Shown here: piece by piece, positions 9,150 to 19,925 of the stretch
Layout of the letters: each line of letters begins with the position of its first letter
Position numbering within the stretch: position 1 is the stretch's first letter
DNA from: an uncultured candidate division Zixibacteria bacterium
GTDB lineage: Bacteria; Zixibacteria; MSB-5A5; GN15; FEB-12
DNA: 64,000 bases
NCBI GenBank assembly: GCA_963735035.1
Contig: CAVTJJ010000003.1
Coordinates: 352,001-416,000, forward strand
Reading direction: 5' to 3'
Program-made: the position numbers and the translations under genes
Notes under the pieces: generated by a model
Told to the model about the DNA's origin: nothing
Database searches by the model: none
Seen by the model: the letters and a program-made list of their open reading frames with translations, nothing else

Positions 9150-10196
9150 TTAACTCTTGTCCAACTCAATTGATTGGGCGGAAAGTTTCCGCCAATCGGT
9201 AAAACTATCGATAAAACCGAGGAGCACCACCAGCATAAACCCGATCAACCCGGTCAGAATCATGGCTATATAGAAAAGAATCTTGACTCCGAGGGGAAGT
9301 TTCAGGCGAATGAGAAAGTGCGCCATAAGCGCCAGCCCACCGACACAATAGAAGAGGGCCAGCACTAGAAACAGATTGTCGGCTACCAGCGCAATCGCTT
9401 CGCCGCCGACCAGACGCCCCAGCGCCGCGGCAATCACCAGACCGATCATCGCAAACGGCACCCGCCAGCGCGTGAACGGGGCAAGCAAGGTCGCCTGACG
9501 CTCTGCCGAAACACCGAGCATCAGAAACCAGACGAACCCGACCGCGAACTGCGCTATCAAATTGATGATAGTTGCGGCCGGCACCAATCGAGCCATGACT
9601 CTAACGATAGTCTCCAACTCGCGGGAGTAAGCCTGCGCCGCCTCCGGATGATATCCGAACGCGGTCAGATTTCCTGAGAAAGAATCGATAGCCTCGCGAC
9701 CGGCGGCTTCGAACATCGTCATCAGCGGGCCCCATTGTTGGGCGTACATGATGATGCCACCCAGGACGACCACCGACGTTCCCAGCAGGAATGCCTTGAG
9801 CCCGGAATCTCCGGCGCGCAGACGCACTCCTACCAAAGCGCCGGTACCCGCAAGCATGGTGGTCTCGCTAATCATCATAACTCTTTGCATAGGGTGGCAG
9901 ACCGTCCATCCGGCGACCAGCGCCATTGCGCCGGCGGCCAGAATCGGCCAGAGACCACCATGGTAAACCGCGTCACTGATGGCTCGGAAGAGATAGATAA
10001 CCAATACATAGGTCACCACAATCGTCACGAGGGTCAGAACTGAGAGGGGCAGTCGGAACGCCACGCCGTATTTCAACAGCGGGAAAAGAACCAGGACTGC
10101 TGCGGCCAGCCACACCTTGATGCCGGGTGTGACCGTGGCAGGGCTTCCCCCGACAGTCACCGCCGCATCAGGCTCAGCGGAATGATTCACTCTCAA
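9150..10196 (-). CDS. DUF2232/YybS-family membrane protein; start uncertain
   Basis: Multi-TM protein ending [12 protein letters not shown]; canonical position between rpsR and rplI. Confidence 0.8.
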   Translation of the reverse strand: MRVNHSAEPDAAVTVGGSPATVTPGIKVWLAAAVLVLFPLLKYGVAFRLPLSVLTLVTIVVTYVLVIYLFRAISDAVYHGGLWPILAAGAMALVAGWTVCHPMQRVMMISETTMLAGTGALVGVRLRAGDSGLKAFLLGTSVVVLGGIIMYAQQWGPLMTMFEAAGREAIDSFSGNLTAFGYHPEAAQAYSRELETIVRVMARLVPAATIINLIAQFAVGFVWFLMLGVSAERQATLLAPFTRWRVPFAMIGLVIAAALGRLVGGEAIALVADNLFLVLALFYCVGGLALMAHFLIRLKLPLGVKILFYIAMILTGLIGFMLVVLLGFIDSFTDWRKLSAQSIELDKS

Positions 10197-10410
10197 ACGC
10201 CAGGATCGCCATGTGCCGGCTGCGCTTGATAGCCGTCGTCAGCTTGCGCTGGTGACGGGCGCAGTTACCAGAAATTCGGCGCGGCACGATTTTGCCCCGC
10301 TCCGTCACGAAACGGCGCAGCAGGCGTTCATCTTTGAAATCTATGAAGCTGATCTTGTTTTCGCAGAAGCGACAAACCTTTTTTCTCTTTTTGAGACCGT
10401 AATCTGACAT
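10174..10410 (-). CDS. rpsR: 30S ribosomal protein S18 (Zn-binding form)
   Basis: [28 protein letters not shown]. Confidence 0.97.
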   Translation of the reverse strand: MSDYGLKKRKKVCRFCENKISFIDFKDERLLRRFVTERGKIVPRRISGNCARHQRKLTTAIKRSRHMAILAFESESFR

Positions 10411-10424
10411 CGTTGTGCCTTTCC

Positions 10425-10913
10425 CTATCGCCCTTCATTCGATCCGCCGCCGGATCCATCGCGACGTCCATGGTAACCGCCGCGATCCGAGTCCTGCGAA
10501 CCACCGAAGCGTCCGCGAGAATGATAACCGCCTCCACCGCCGCCGTAACGCGGACGATCATAGGAAGAATCACCTTCGGACCGATCTGACGATTCATCGA
10601 AAAGACCGTGTGACTCGGCGTTAGGATCGCCGTCGAATTTCACCGTAAGGAACCGCACATAAGGTTCCTCGAGCTTGTAATGCCGGTCCAGTTTCGGCAG
10701 AACAATCGGCTCGGATTCAAAAATGATGCTCGTGTAGTACCCCTGAGTCAGATTGGCCACAGGATAGGCCAGCCTACGGGTACCCATACGGTTTTCACGG
10801 AGGATCTGTCCCCCATCGTTCTTGATGATATCCAGTACCGCCGTTACCTGGCGATCAATGGTAGCATCATCGGCCTGGGGGTTGACAACAAAAGTAGTTT
10901 CGTAGCGTCTCAA
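10425..10913 (-). CDS. rpsF: 30S ribosomal protein S6 with a long Gly/Arg-rich C-terminal tail
   Basis: [33 protein letters not shown] before a TTG start. Confidence 0.95.
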   Translation of the reverse strand: MRRYETTFVVNPQADDATIDRQVTAVLDIIKNDGGQILRENRMGTRRLAYPVANLTQGYYTSIIFESEPIVLPKLDRHYKLEEPYVRFLTVKFDGDPNAESHGLFDESSDRSEGDSSYDRPRYGGGGGGYHSRGRFGGSQDSDRGGYHGRRDGSGGGSNEGR

Positions 10914-10968
10914 GAGTACCTCCCTTCGGACGTTAAACTACATTCTCAGTTCAAACGGCCTTGCCGGG

Positions 10969-11568
10969 CTACTCTGGTTCCGGCAAAGCAGGGTTTCTAT
11001 TAAATTGTGACATCGCCTTTTCAAAGCGATGCAAGACGGCAAATATAACAGCTTCCGCCGCCAGCGCAACCATTCTTTCGACTTTTTTTCGCTCCGCCTT
11101 CTTGAACTTGCTCAGAACGTAGTCGGCTACGTCCGCGCCTTCGGGCGGTTGGCCCACGCCCAGACGCAACCTCGGAAACTGCTGGGTCCCAAGCTGTTCG
11201 ATTATGGAAGTGAGGCCATTGTGGCCACCGTCGGAGCCCTCAGATCGAAATCTCAGCGCCCCCAAAGGTAGATTGAAATCGTCGACCACCACGAGAATCT
11301 CGTCCGGAGTGAGAGCCAATTCGTCGATTAGCTCTTTGACAGCCTCACCAGAGAGGTTCATAAACGTGGTTGGCCAGGCCAGGATGAGATTTGAGTCAGT
11401 TTCGCGGTCAGGCAGCGTTGCTTCGGCGGCCTCATAGGTTGCTCGACCGGGCAGCTTTATTGCCTCAAGCGTTGCGGCGACGCGGCTGACCACTTCAAAG
11501 CCGAGGTTATGGCGGGTCCCCACGTATTTCTTACCGATATTTCCGAGACCGACAATCGCCTTAATCAC
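10969..11568 (-). CDS. pth: Aminoacyl-tRNA hydrolase (peptidyl-tRNA hydrolase)
   Basis: IVGLGN, TRHNLGF, PTTFMNLSG, GGHNGL and RLRLGVG. Confidence 0.97.
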   Translation of the reverse strand: MIKAIVGLGNIGKKYVGTRHNLGFEVVSRVAATLEAIKLPGRATYEAAEATLPDRETDSNLILAWPTTFMNLSGEAVKELIDELALTPDEILVVVDDFNLPLGALRFRSEGSDGGHNGLTSIIEQLGTQQFPRLRLGVGQPPEGADVADYVLSKFKKAERKKVERMVALAAEAVIFAVLHRFEKAMSQFNRNPALPEPE

Positions 11569-11577
11569 GGGAGTGGC

Positions 11578-12297
11578 CTAACGAGAGGATTCGCCGGACT
11601 TCTTAGTTTCCGAGTAGCGATAACCTACCCCACGGATGGTCTCGAAATAGACCGGTTCCTTCGGGTCGTCTTCGAAAATCTTCCGAAGCTTCATCACGAA
11701 GTTGTCAACCGTCCGGTTGGTAGGAAAGGCGCGATATCCCCAGACCGCATCGAGAAGCTGATCGCGACTGACTACTTGCCCCGGCCGCTCGATCAGGTAC
11801 TTGGCTACCATACATTCGCGGCGGGTAAGGGCGAACTTGCCACCCGGCCCTTCGGCTTCGAAAGTTCTGAAATTGATTCGCCGTCCTTCGAAGACGTACT
11901 CGCCTGAGGATTGTCTGTCACCTTCGCTCAACCAGGCCAGTCGCCTGAAAACACCGGCCACTCGGGCCAACAGTTCTTTCAGAGCGAAAGGCTTGGCGAT
12001 ATAATCGTCACCGCCGGCAATCAGTCCTTCGATTCGCTCATCGGTCTGACCCCGGGCCGTGATAAACATGATCGGGACCGTCTCCCCCTGCTCGCGAAGT
12101 TTTCGACAGATCGTTAAGCCGTCCATCCCGGGAAGCATGATGTCGAGCAGGATGAGATCTATATTGCCGTCCTGGAACGCTTCTATCGCCTGGGGGCCTT
12201 CGGCCACGTGGACGACCTGATACCCCTCACCTTCCAGATTCATAATGAGCCCGTCGGCCAGGCTGGTGTCATCTTCGACCAACAGAATGGTTTTCAT
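11578..12297 (-). CDS. OmpR/PhoB-family response regulator
   Basis: Receiver domain (LLVEDD, LDIMLPGMDG, DDYIAKPF) plus winged helix (RTVDNFV, ETIRGVGYR). Confidence 0.95.
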   Translation of the reverse strand: MKTILLVEDDTSLADGLIMNLEGEGYQVVHVAEGPQAIEAFQDGNIDLILLDIMLPGMDGLTICRKLREQGETVPIMFITARGQTDERIEGLIAGGDDYIAKPFALKELLARVAGVFRRLAWLSEGDRQSSGEYVFEGRRINFRTFEAEGPGGKFALTRRECMVAKYLIERPGQVVSRDQLLDAVWGYRAFPTNRTVDNFVMKLRKIFEDDPKEPVYFETIRGVGYRYSETKKSGESSR

Positions 12298-13274
12298 GCG
12301 TCTTGCCCCAGCGGAAGGGTTATGGTGAATTCTGAACCGTGCCCGATTCCCTCGGAATGAGCCGTCACCTTGCCGCCGTGGGCGCGGATCATTTCGCGAC
12401 AGAGAAACAATCCGAGACCTGTCCCGCGACTGGCCCTGGTAAGTTCGTGACCCACCCGATAGAAACGATCAAAAATCAGCTCGAGTTCACCTTTTTCGAT
12501 GCCTATGCCCTTGTCGGCGATGACGATTTCGGCACTGTGATTGGTCCGGCGCAAACTGAGCATGAGATGGGGTTGTTGGCCTCCGGCGTACTTGACCGCG
12601 TTGTCCAGAATCGCGCCGAGCGCTCGACCCAAGACGGCGGAGTCGGCAACAATGCTAATACCCGGTTCGATCTTGCGAGACATATTAATTGCCCCACCGT
12701 CGGCTCTTTGCACCAGTCCATCGGCGAGCCCTTTAAGCAGTCCACTTAGATCGATCGACTGAAGGTTCAATCTCGACTCGCCGCTCTCGAACCGACCCGC
12801 TTCCAGAATGTCCTCAATCAACTGCTCGAGACGGTGAAGGTCGCCGCGCATCCGGGGAATCACCTGGAGTTTCTTCTCGGTCGGAATCTTCTCGGACTGG
12901 AGGGTGTCGACGTAAATGCCAATCGACGCGACCGGCGTCTTCAATTCATGCGTTACAGCCATGACGAAATTCTCCTGACGGCGCCTCAATCGGTCGGCCT
13001 GAATCAGGGAACGATAGATGAGCCAGACCCCGAGCAGGACGAGCAACAGGAACACCACACCTTCGGAGCCGACCATGATCTGACGCATAATTTCCTGGTG
13101 ATGCAGATTTTCCAGGAACGCCTCGTCGGCGCCAAGGCTGTGGGCGATATCGACCTTCTCACGGGTCAACCGAGCCATGAAGATGATCCACCAGGTCGCC
13201 ATAGCGAGCACAAAGACAACTATCGCTACAAAGGTGATTAGGGCGGCGCGTGGTGAAAGATTGCGTACACTCAT
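12294..13274 (-). CDS. Membrane sensor histidine kinase
   Basis: Two TM segments; H-box VTHELKTP; N/G1/F/G2 boxes (DNAVKY, DKGIG, FDRFYR, GTGLGL); 4-nt overlap with the regulator. Confidence 0.93.
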   Translation of the reverse strand: MSVRNLSPRAALITFVAIVVFVLAMATWWIIFMARLTREKVDIAHSLGADEAFLENLHHQEIMRQIMVGSEGVVFLLLVLLGVWLIYRSLIQADRLRRRQENFVMAVTHELKTPVASIGIYVDTLQSEKIPTEKKLQVIPRMRGDLHRLEQLIEDILEAGRFESGESRLNLQSIDLSGLLKGLADGLVQRADGGAINMSRKIEPGISIVADSAVLGRALGAILDNAVKYAGGQQPHLMLSLRRTNHSAEIVIADKGIGIEKGELELIFDRFYRVGHELTRASRGTGLGLFLCREMIRAHGGKVTAHSEGIGHGSEFTITLPLGQDA

Positions 13275-13415
13275 ACTTGGCTTCCCGGAGTACCGGTCAA
13301 GGCCAAAATATACGCACGATAGAGAGGGAGACTAAGTAGAAAATAAAAAGACAAAGACCGATATCACCCCCGGCTGGGTAGGTTACAAACGTTCGCCGGG
13401 AGCATCCGGAGACGG

Positions 13416-14369
13416 TCAGTCGAGCGGGACGGTAGCCAGTTCTTCCTGTTCCTGCGGTTGGCGGGCCCAGATTTCGTCCGGGACCTTTTCGCCTCGCATA
13501 AGGAGATCGGCGGCCTCGAGCAACTGATTGAGATTCAGTTTCGTGATGTGGGCATCGACGTCAAGGAACTTGGCCCGCGCCTTCATGCCGACGTCGCCGA
13601 TCGAAGAATAGACCAACACGGGGGTACGGGGACGGTCGGATTGACGAATTTTCAGAGTGAGCGCCAGACCATCCATCCGGGGCATTTCGACATCGGAAAT
13701 GACCAGATCGAAGGATCCCTTCTCAAACGCCTCCCAGGCGCTGACACCGTCGTTGGTCTCGACCACTTCGAAACCAAGGTCGGACATCTCCGACGCGAGC
13801 ATGGCGCGTACCGCGGGCGAATCCTCGGCCACCAGCACCCGACGGCCCTTGAAATCGGCGCTGCCTTGATACGAAGTTACATTTCGCATCTGAAGGTGCG
13901 GGGAAAGATCGAGCAGGATTGTCTCGTAGTCGAGCATCTGGACCATGCGATCTTCGGTCGGCTTGACTATGCCTATAGTGTACCGATGAGCCAGGCTTCC
14001 GAACACACCGGCCGCGTCGATAACATCTTCCCAGAGGAAGTGGTGGATCCAATCGACCCGGTCGACCCAGAAGCCGATGTGCATGCCGAAGAATTCGGTT
14101 TCGAGCAACTTGTGCGGACGGCTGTCGGCCGGCCGCTCGATGCCCAGGATAAGCGCCAGATCGATTACCGGCACAACACGATTCATGTCGCGAAAGATTC
14201 CGGCTATGGCCGGATGAGAATCGGGCATATGAGTGAAATTGGTCAGCGTGTTTACGATCTTACTGACCTTGAGGATATTGATGCCAAAAGACATATCAGT
14301 GACACGATACTCCAGCACCCTGAGCTCATTGGAGCCGGTCTTCAAATATGATTCAGCTTCCATCTTCAT
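13416..14369 (-). CDS. cheV: Chemotaxis protein CheV (CheW plus receiver domain)
   Basis: LKTGSNELRVLEY, FGINILKV and VPVIDL (CheW-like), then VAEDS and SDVEMPRMDG (receiver). Confidence 0.88.
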   Translation of the reverse strand: MKMEAESYLKTGSNELRVLEYRVTDMSFGINILKVSKIVNTLTNFTHMPDSHPAIAGIFRDMNRVVPVIDLALILGIERPADSRPHKLLETEFFGMHIGFWVDRVDWIHHFLWEDVIDAAGVFGSLAHRYTIGIVKPTEDRMVQMLDYETILLDLSPHLQMRNVTSYQGSADFKGRRVLVAEDSPAVRAMLASEMSDLGFEVVETNDGVSAWEAFEKGSFDLVISDVEMPRMDGLALTLKIRQSDRPRTPVLVYSSIGDVGMKARAKFLDVDAHITKLNLNQLLEAADLLMRGEKVPDEIWARQPQEQEELATVPLD

Positions 14370-14373
14370 CTAA

Positions 14374-15132
14374 TCATCCCTCAGCTTTCATGAGCTTGAT
14401 AGTAAACACTGCCCCCCCCTTGGGGTGATCATCGGCCAGCACGGTACCACCCATCCCCGTGGCCGCCAGCCGACAGAAGTAGAGCCCTAGCCCGACCCCG
14501 CGATGCTTCCCCTGAGATCGATGCATCACCTGCCGGTACTTTTCGAACAGCGTCTCGGGATCAATATCTCCCAAACCATCGCCGGAATCCTTCACATGAA
14601 TGAAAAGGCATTTCTGGCCTGGCTCAGTATAGATCGAAATCTGTCCCCCCTTTGGCGTATGTCGCAGGGCGTTATAGAGCAGATTGTCGAGAACGCGCTT
14701 CAAAAGTTTGGGATCAGCCTTCACCGGAATGTCGCCGGAATTGTTCGTGAAATTCAAAGTGACGCCGGATTCTTCGCAGGAGCCCGCCACCAGTTCAATC
14801 GCTTCCTCAATTATGGCGGTCGGCACCAGGTTGGTCATTTCGACCGGCAAGCCGATCTTTCCGGCGCGCGCCACAGCCATAATGTCGTAGAGGATCGATT
14901 CCGCCCGGGTCAACGCTATACGCGAAGATTTCACCAATCGCTTATGACCCGGCTTGTTCGGATCATACCGCCCCGATTCCAATAAATTGAGCAGGTACTT
15001 GGTTGAAGCCAGCGGCGATTCCAAATCATGGATAAATAAGGAGAATATCTCCAGCCAGCCGTCCGGTACCGCCGACTCTCCGGAAAGCTCTGGAGCGTCG
15101 TGCACGGGCACTTTTTCAAAAGTCTTTATCAT
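14374..15132 (-). CDS. Soluble histidine kinase without an obvious sensor domain
   Basis: HDLESPL H-box near the N-terminus; NLLYNALRH, DSGDG and GVGLGL. Confidence 0.85.
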   Translation of the reverse strand: MIKTFEKVPVHDAPELSGESAVPDGWLEIFSLFIHDLESPLASTKYLLNLLESGRYDPNKPGHKRLVKSSRIALTRAESILYDIMAVARAGKIGLPVEMTNLVPTAIIEEAIELVAGSCEESGVTLNFTNNSGDIPVKADPKLLKRVLDNLLYNALRHTPKGGQISIYTEPGQKCLFIHVKDSGDGLGDIDPETLFEKYRQVMHRSQGKHRGVGLGLYFCRLAATGMGGTVLADDHPKGGAVFTIKLMKAEG

Positions 15133-15181
15133 AGATTCATGCTTTACAGCCGCGAAGAGTTAGCCCCCTCCATAGGAGTTA

Positions 15182-15208
15182 TTATCGACCGGGACGACGC
15201 TATATTAA
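15182..15208 (-). promoter_or_regulatory. Putative sigma28 (FliA/SigD) promoter for the kinase-cheV pair
   Basis: TTAA-N15-GTCGATAA on the minus strand versus consensus TAAA-N15-GCCGATAA. Confidence 0.55.
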
Positions 15209-15251
15209 CCGAATGATTTCAGCCCGGCGTATTATCCCGGAAAACGGTGAT

Positions 15252-17457
15252 TTAGAGGGCGACTCGACTGAGCCGTAGCGAGTTGGTAATAACGAAAACC
15301 GATGACAGGCTCATGGCGAGCGCAGCCAGCACGGGCGACATGGTCAGCCCCGATACCGGAAACAGCAGCCCGGCGGCGATTGGAATAGCGATAACATTAT
15401 AGAAGAAGGCCCAAAAGAGGTTCTGGCGAATAGTCTTCATAGCCACGCGAGCCAGTTGAAACATTCGAGGAACACCGACCAACTGGGAACGAACGAGGAC
15501 AACATCGGCCGCTTCAATCGCCACCTGGGTTCCCGAACCGATGGCCACGCCGACCGAAGCAGCCGCCAGCGCCGGGGCGTCGTTGATACCGTCGCCGATC
15601 ATCGCCACGCGTTGACCGGCCCGACGATACGATTCCACAATATCCTTCTTCTGTTCGGGACGGATCTCGGCCTCGAATTCGGTCAATCCCAACGAATGGG
15701 CAACCCCGCCCGCCGTAGCTCGATTGTCTCCAGACAACATAATGACCCGTAGTCCGTCGCGCCGAAGCCTCTCGATCACTTCGCGAGCATCGTGACGGGT
15801 TTCATCGGCCAAAGAAATCAACCCGACTACCTGGCCATCCTGGGCGACAAAAACCACTGTTCGCCCGGATTCCATCTCTTTCTCGCCCTGAAGCAGACTC
15901 GGCCCGAAATTGATCTTCTCTTGTTCGAGAAGGTTGCGGCTGCCTATTACTAAATGGCGATCGTCGCATTCACCTACAACCCCAAAGCCTGGCCTGGCAG
16001 CTACGTTGCGGACTACCGCCGGCTGCAATTGCCTTTCTTTCATATAGCGCATCAGTGCTTTCGCCACCGGGTGCTCTGATTGGCTTTCGATTGATCCCAC
16101 CAGACGGATCAGATTCTGCTCCGCGACCGGCCCGAAAGTACGAACAGTTACTACTTCTAGTTGACCGGTGGTAAGCGTTCCGGTCTTGTCGAAGATCACC
16201 GTATCGATGGTCGAGAGTGTTTCGAGAACATCCCCACCCTTGATGATAATGCCTTCCCGGGCGCCACGACCGGTACCCACTAGAATAGCCGCGGGCGTAG
16301 CCAGACCCAGAGCGCACGGACACGCGATGATCAAAACGGAAATGACCGAACGGACCGCCATGCCGCTTTCGGGCGCGAGAAAATACCAGAGCAATCCGGT
16401 TGTTGCTGCCAATACCAGTACTATGGGGACGAAGACCGCCGCCACCCGGTCGGCCAGATTCTGCACGGGAGCCTTCCGCGCCTGTGCCTCGGAGACCAGC
16501 CTGATAACGCCTGCTACAAAGCAATCTTCGCCGGTCGCTTCGGCTCTCATCTGGAACGGCGTATTGCCGTTGACCGAACCGCCTATAACCGCGCCGCCGA
16601 CTCTTCGCTCAACCGGTAGCGACTCACCGGTCAGAAGCGATTCATCGAGAACAGCTTCTCCCTCAATAATTACGCCATCGGCGGGAACCCGATCACCGGG
16701 GCGGACCAGCAATACCATGCCGGGCTGAAGGGCGCTGGAGTCGATTTCGACCTGGACGTTATTAATGATCGCGGTCGCCATTGTCGGACGAAGCTTGACC
16801 AGTTCTTCAATAGCTCGTCCGGCTCGACGCTTGGCGCGCGCTTCAAGAAAACGACCCAGCAGAATCAGAGTGATGATCATGCCGGCCGATTCGAAATACA
16901 AATCGTGATGCCCGTGCTCACCGGCGCTCAGAAGAACAAATAGGCTCCAGCCAAAAGCGGTGAGCGTCCCCAGGGCGATGAGGGAGTTCATATTCAACCG
17001 AAGGTGACGGAGCTGCAGGGCAGCATCTTTAAGAATCGGCCAGCCTGGCCATACCTAGAATCAGAGCGGTAAGGACAGCCTGGGCGATAGCGTCTGTGCC
17101 GACCGAAAACCAAGGTCTCCCGAGGAGCATCCCGCCCATCGCCAATAGCATCAATGGGGCAGCAAATACCACCACCAGCAGTAAACGTCGCCGGGCGGAA
17201 GATTCCTCTTCGATATTGCCAGATAAGACATCAGGAGTCCCGGGCAAGGCCTGATAGCCGAGAGTCTTGATTCGCTCAATAATTGCGGCAGCATCCAAAA
17301 TATCGCGGTCAAAGACCACCAGGCCCGATCGGGTTGCTAGATTCACCCGACACTCCGAAATACCGGACATCCCACGCAACTCCCTCTCAATGGTGGTTGC
17401 ACAGTTGGCGCAATGCATCCCGGAGATACTCAGGTTCAGTTTCTCCATAGCGGCCAT
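15252..17457 (-). CDS. copA: Copper-translocating P1B-type ATPase, split by a frameshift near 17045
   Basis: HMA motif GMHCANC in the upstream ORF; TGES, CPCALG, DKTGT, SEHP, GDGIND, YN and MSLSS in the downstream ORF. Confidence 0.9.
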
Positions 17458-17511
17458 AAGGGAAATATAGGTGGTCAAACGCCATCCGAACAGAGGCAAA
17501 CGGGTATCCGG

Positions 17512-18144
17512 CTACCGGATACCCAACAGAAACAATAGATGAGGACAGCGCCTCAACAGCTCTTTACGGACCCGCGAACGAGCCCGATGCAGATACCACC
17601 GTACGGTCGCCTCTGGCATGTCGAGGATCCCAGCGACATCGTCGACCTTGCGCTGGCCCAAATCGCGAAGGACGAAAGTCGAGCGCTGCTTGGGATTCAG
17701 CTTATGAGTGGCAACCTGAATTTCCTTCCGAAGCCGCTGCCGAAGATAGGTCAACTCGGGGCCCAGGTCCGGACGGTCTTCGAGATCGGTAAGATTTTCC
17801 AGCGATTCGTGGTGATGGCGTTGATTGCGGCGGATGTGGTCGATGCTCGCGTTGACCGTGATCCGGTAAAGCCAGGTATAGAACTTCCTGGCGGGGTCAT
17901 ACCGGTCGATATTCTTCGCCATCTTGACGAAAACATCCTGCGCAATATCGGCCGCTTCGTCATAATCGCGAACCATACGGTAGGCCAGGGCAGTCACCGG
18001 ACTGCGATAACGCGTCACAATCTTGGCGTAAGCTCGTTGATCACCTTCACGAAAAGCGGCTACGAGACGGCGAATCTCTCGTTCGTCTTCGGGCGACGCT
18101 TCTGGCGCCGCCAACGGTACTTGTTTGGTTTCTACTTTGGCCAT
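17512..18144 (-). CDS. ECF-family RNA polymerase sigma factor
   Basis: Region 2 (DIAQDVF, FYTWLYRITVN) and region 4 (VAGILDMPEATVRWYLHRAR); AGGAG SD before the ATG at 18144. Confidence 0.9.
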   Translation of the reverse strand: MAKVETKQVPLAAPEASPEDEREIRRLVAAFREGDQRAYAKIVTRYRSPVTALAYRMVRDYDEAADIAQDVFVKMAKNIDRYDPARKFYTWLYRITVNASIDHIRRNQRHHHESLENLTDLEDRPDLGPELTYLRQRLRKEIQVATHKLNPKQRSTFVLRDLGQRKVDDVAGILDMPEATVRWYLHRARSRVRKELLRRCPHLLFLLGIR

Positions 18145-18268
18145 ATCGCTCCTACTCGGCCCGTCCACATCATACTGAAACCAACCGAACCTTGATAAAG
18201 TTAACGCTACGACCGCAATCAAACAAGGATAAAAATGATCTTCTTTCGATTAGTTGGGAACCGGTCAC

Positions 18269-18293
18269 AAAAAAGCCCCGCCGGAGCGGGGCT
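18269..18293 (-). terminator. Intrinsic terminator after the M23 gene
   Basis: AGCCCCGC-TCCG-GCGGGGCT followed by a T-run on the minus strand. Confidence 0.8.
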
Positions 18294-18320
18294 ATCTCGT
18301 TATCAAATTTGTAATTAGGC

Positions 18321-19223
18321 CTACATGTCGCCGATGATATAATCGGCCGGGTTGAGGCACTTTCCGTTCAACCAGACTTCGTAGTGAAGGTGCGGGCCGG
18401 TCGAATAGCCGGTGGAACCCATCAGACCGATGGTCTCGCCACGCTCGACCATCTGGCCGCGCTGGACATTGACCGCCGAAAGGTGGCCGTAACGGGTCAC
18501 AAACCCATACCCGTGATCGATTTCGATAAACTTACCAAGTTCACGGTCGATGAGGACAGTCTTCACACGCCCGGACGCCGGGGCGACAATTGGCGTTCCG
18601 ATATTGTTGGAAATATCAAGACCACGGTGCAGACGGCGATACCCGGTAAACGGGTCGTTCTGCATACCGTAGCCGCGCGACAACCAGCCTCTTACCGGCC
18701 AAACTGACGGAGTGTGATCCAGGCGATCCTTCAGATCGGCCAGACCGGTCTCCAATTCGGCGTATTTCTCCAATTCGAAATTGGACAGGCGCAACAGGCG
18801 ATCGATTTGAGCTTCGCTCGTAACCGCCATCTGTACAGTCTGATCAACCACCGGGGGAACGAATTCATTCGGGCCACCGACGCCCAACTGTCGTTCCTGA
18901 GTGTTGATTTCCGGCAGGCCGAAAGCGTTACGTATCGCTATCTCTTTCTGCACCAACTCGCTATAACGAGCGTCGGCCTTGTCCAGATCTCCCCTGAGTT
19001 CCTGGTACTTACCAGCCAGATCCTGATTTTCAGCCTGAAGGCGAGCCAGTTCGGCTTGGTCCACAGCACCGGTCAGGTAGGCCGAGGCAAAGAACAGCGT
19101 GAGCAACAGCAGAGCGGCGATTCCTATCAAGCCGCCCCACAGATACCACACACGGACAGTAAGTTGTCGAGACAACCTACTTGAGTCCGGTACGACGATA
19201 AATGTCAATATTCTGCTAAACAT
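18321..19223 (-). CDS. M23-family metallopeptidase with N-terminal TM and coiled coil
   Basis: HRGLD, TRYGHL and GYSTGPHLHYEV. Confidence 0.92.
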   Translation of the reverse strand: MFSRILTFIVVPDSSRLSRQLTVRVWYLWGGLIGIAALLLLTLFFASAYLTGAVDQAELARLQAENQDLAGKYQELRGDLDKADARYSELVQKEIAIRNAFGLPEINTQERQLGVGGPNEFVPPVVDQTVQMAVTSEAQIDRLLRLSNFELEKYAELETGLADLKDRLDHTPSVWPVRGWLSRGYGMQNDPFTGYRRLHRGLDISNNIGTPIVAPASGRVKTVLIDRELGKFIEIDHGYGFVTRYGHLSAVNVQRGQMVERGETIGLMGSTGYSTGPHLHYEVWLNGKCLNPADYIIGDM

Positions 19224-19354
19224 CCGTTATTCAACAGCTTTGTGCCTTAAATCAGTATGTCACTATTATGATCTGACAGTACGATCCAGCACGTGTAAGG
19301 AACGTTGAACCTAGGCCGCACGCGATACTTAGTCAAGCAAAAATGTGCGGGAGT

Positions 19355-19504
19355 TTATTTGATCAGGACATATTCCTGATTCAGCACCTTGTTCACGATC
19401 TCGGTCAGCTTGTGAGCTTGAAGGCTCTGCAAGCTGTACAGGTGCCAATAGCGCTTCGGGGGTCGCACTACTCGGGTATCCTTCTTGATGGACTTACCTG
19501 CCAT
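19355..19504 (-). CDS. Small basic hypothetical protein (49 aa)
   Basis: AAGGAG SD upstream of the ATG at 19504 (MAGKSIKKD...); preceded by promoter-like motifs. Confidence 0.5.
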   Translation of the reverse strand: MAGKSIKKDTRVVRPPKRYWHLYSLQSLQAHKLTEIVNKVLNQEYVLIK

Positions 19505-19568
19505 TGCCAACTCCTTCGGAACAACCCCCGCCCGAGAGGTGTTGGCTCTTCGCCATACCTTGTACATT

Positions 19569-19633
19569 ATATCGGGCGAACGGCTGAGTTAGTTTATCAA
19601 TGTCCACGCTACGGATTTGCATTTGGCGTGCCG
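19569..19633 (-). promoter_or_regulatory. Putative sigma54 (-24/-12) and sigma28 promoters
   Basis: CGGCACGCCAAATGCA (GG-N10-GC) at 19618-19633; TAAA-N16-CCCGATAT at 19569-19596. Confidence 0.5.
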
Positions 19634-19925
19634 CTTTAGCTATTTCCTGGTCCAAATCCCCACCCAAGGCGCGGTTCGTTGAATAACAATGGCTTACGTA
19701 AGTTATTGCGTTATAACAGGCTGAAATGCTGTTCAGAATCTGAACACTTGGAGCCGTCTGGGGCAGGAGAAAAAGGCCGCCTGCTCAAAAAACGCTGTGC
19801 AAAATCTGAAAATCCGCAATTCTCTGCTCACTGCCCAGCAGGCCCAAACGCTCTGCCAGTCAACAAGTCCGGCCGCTTCTATCGTCTTTGCGAGTGGAGC
19901 TGCCCGCTGTCAGGCGGGGTTTTTT

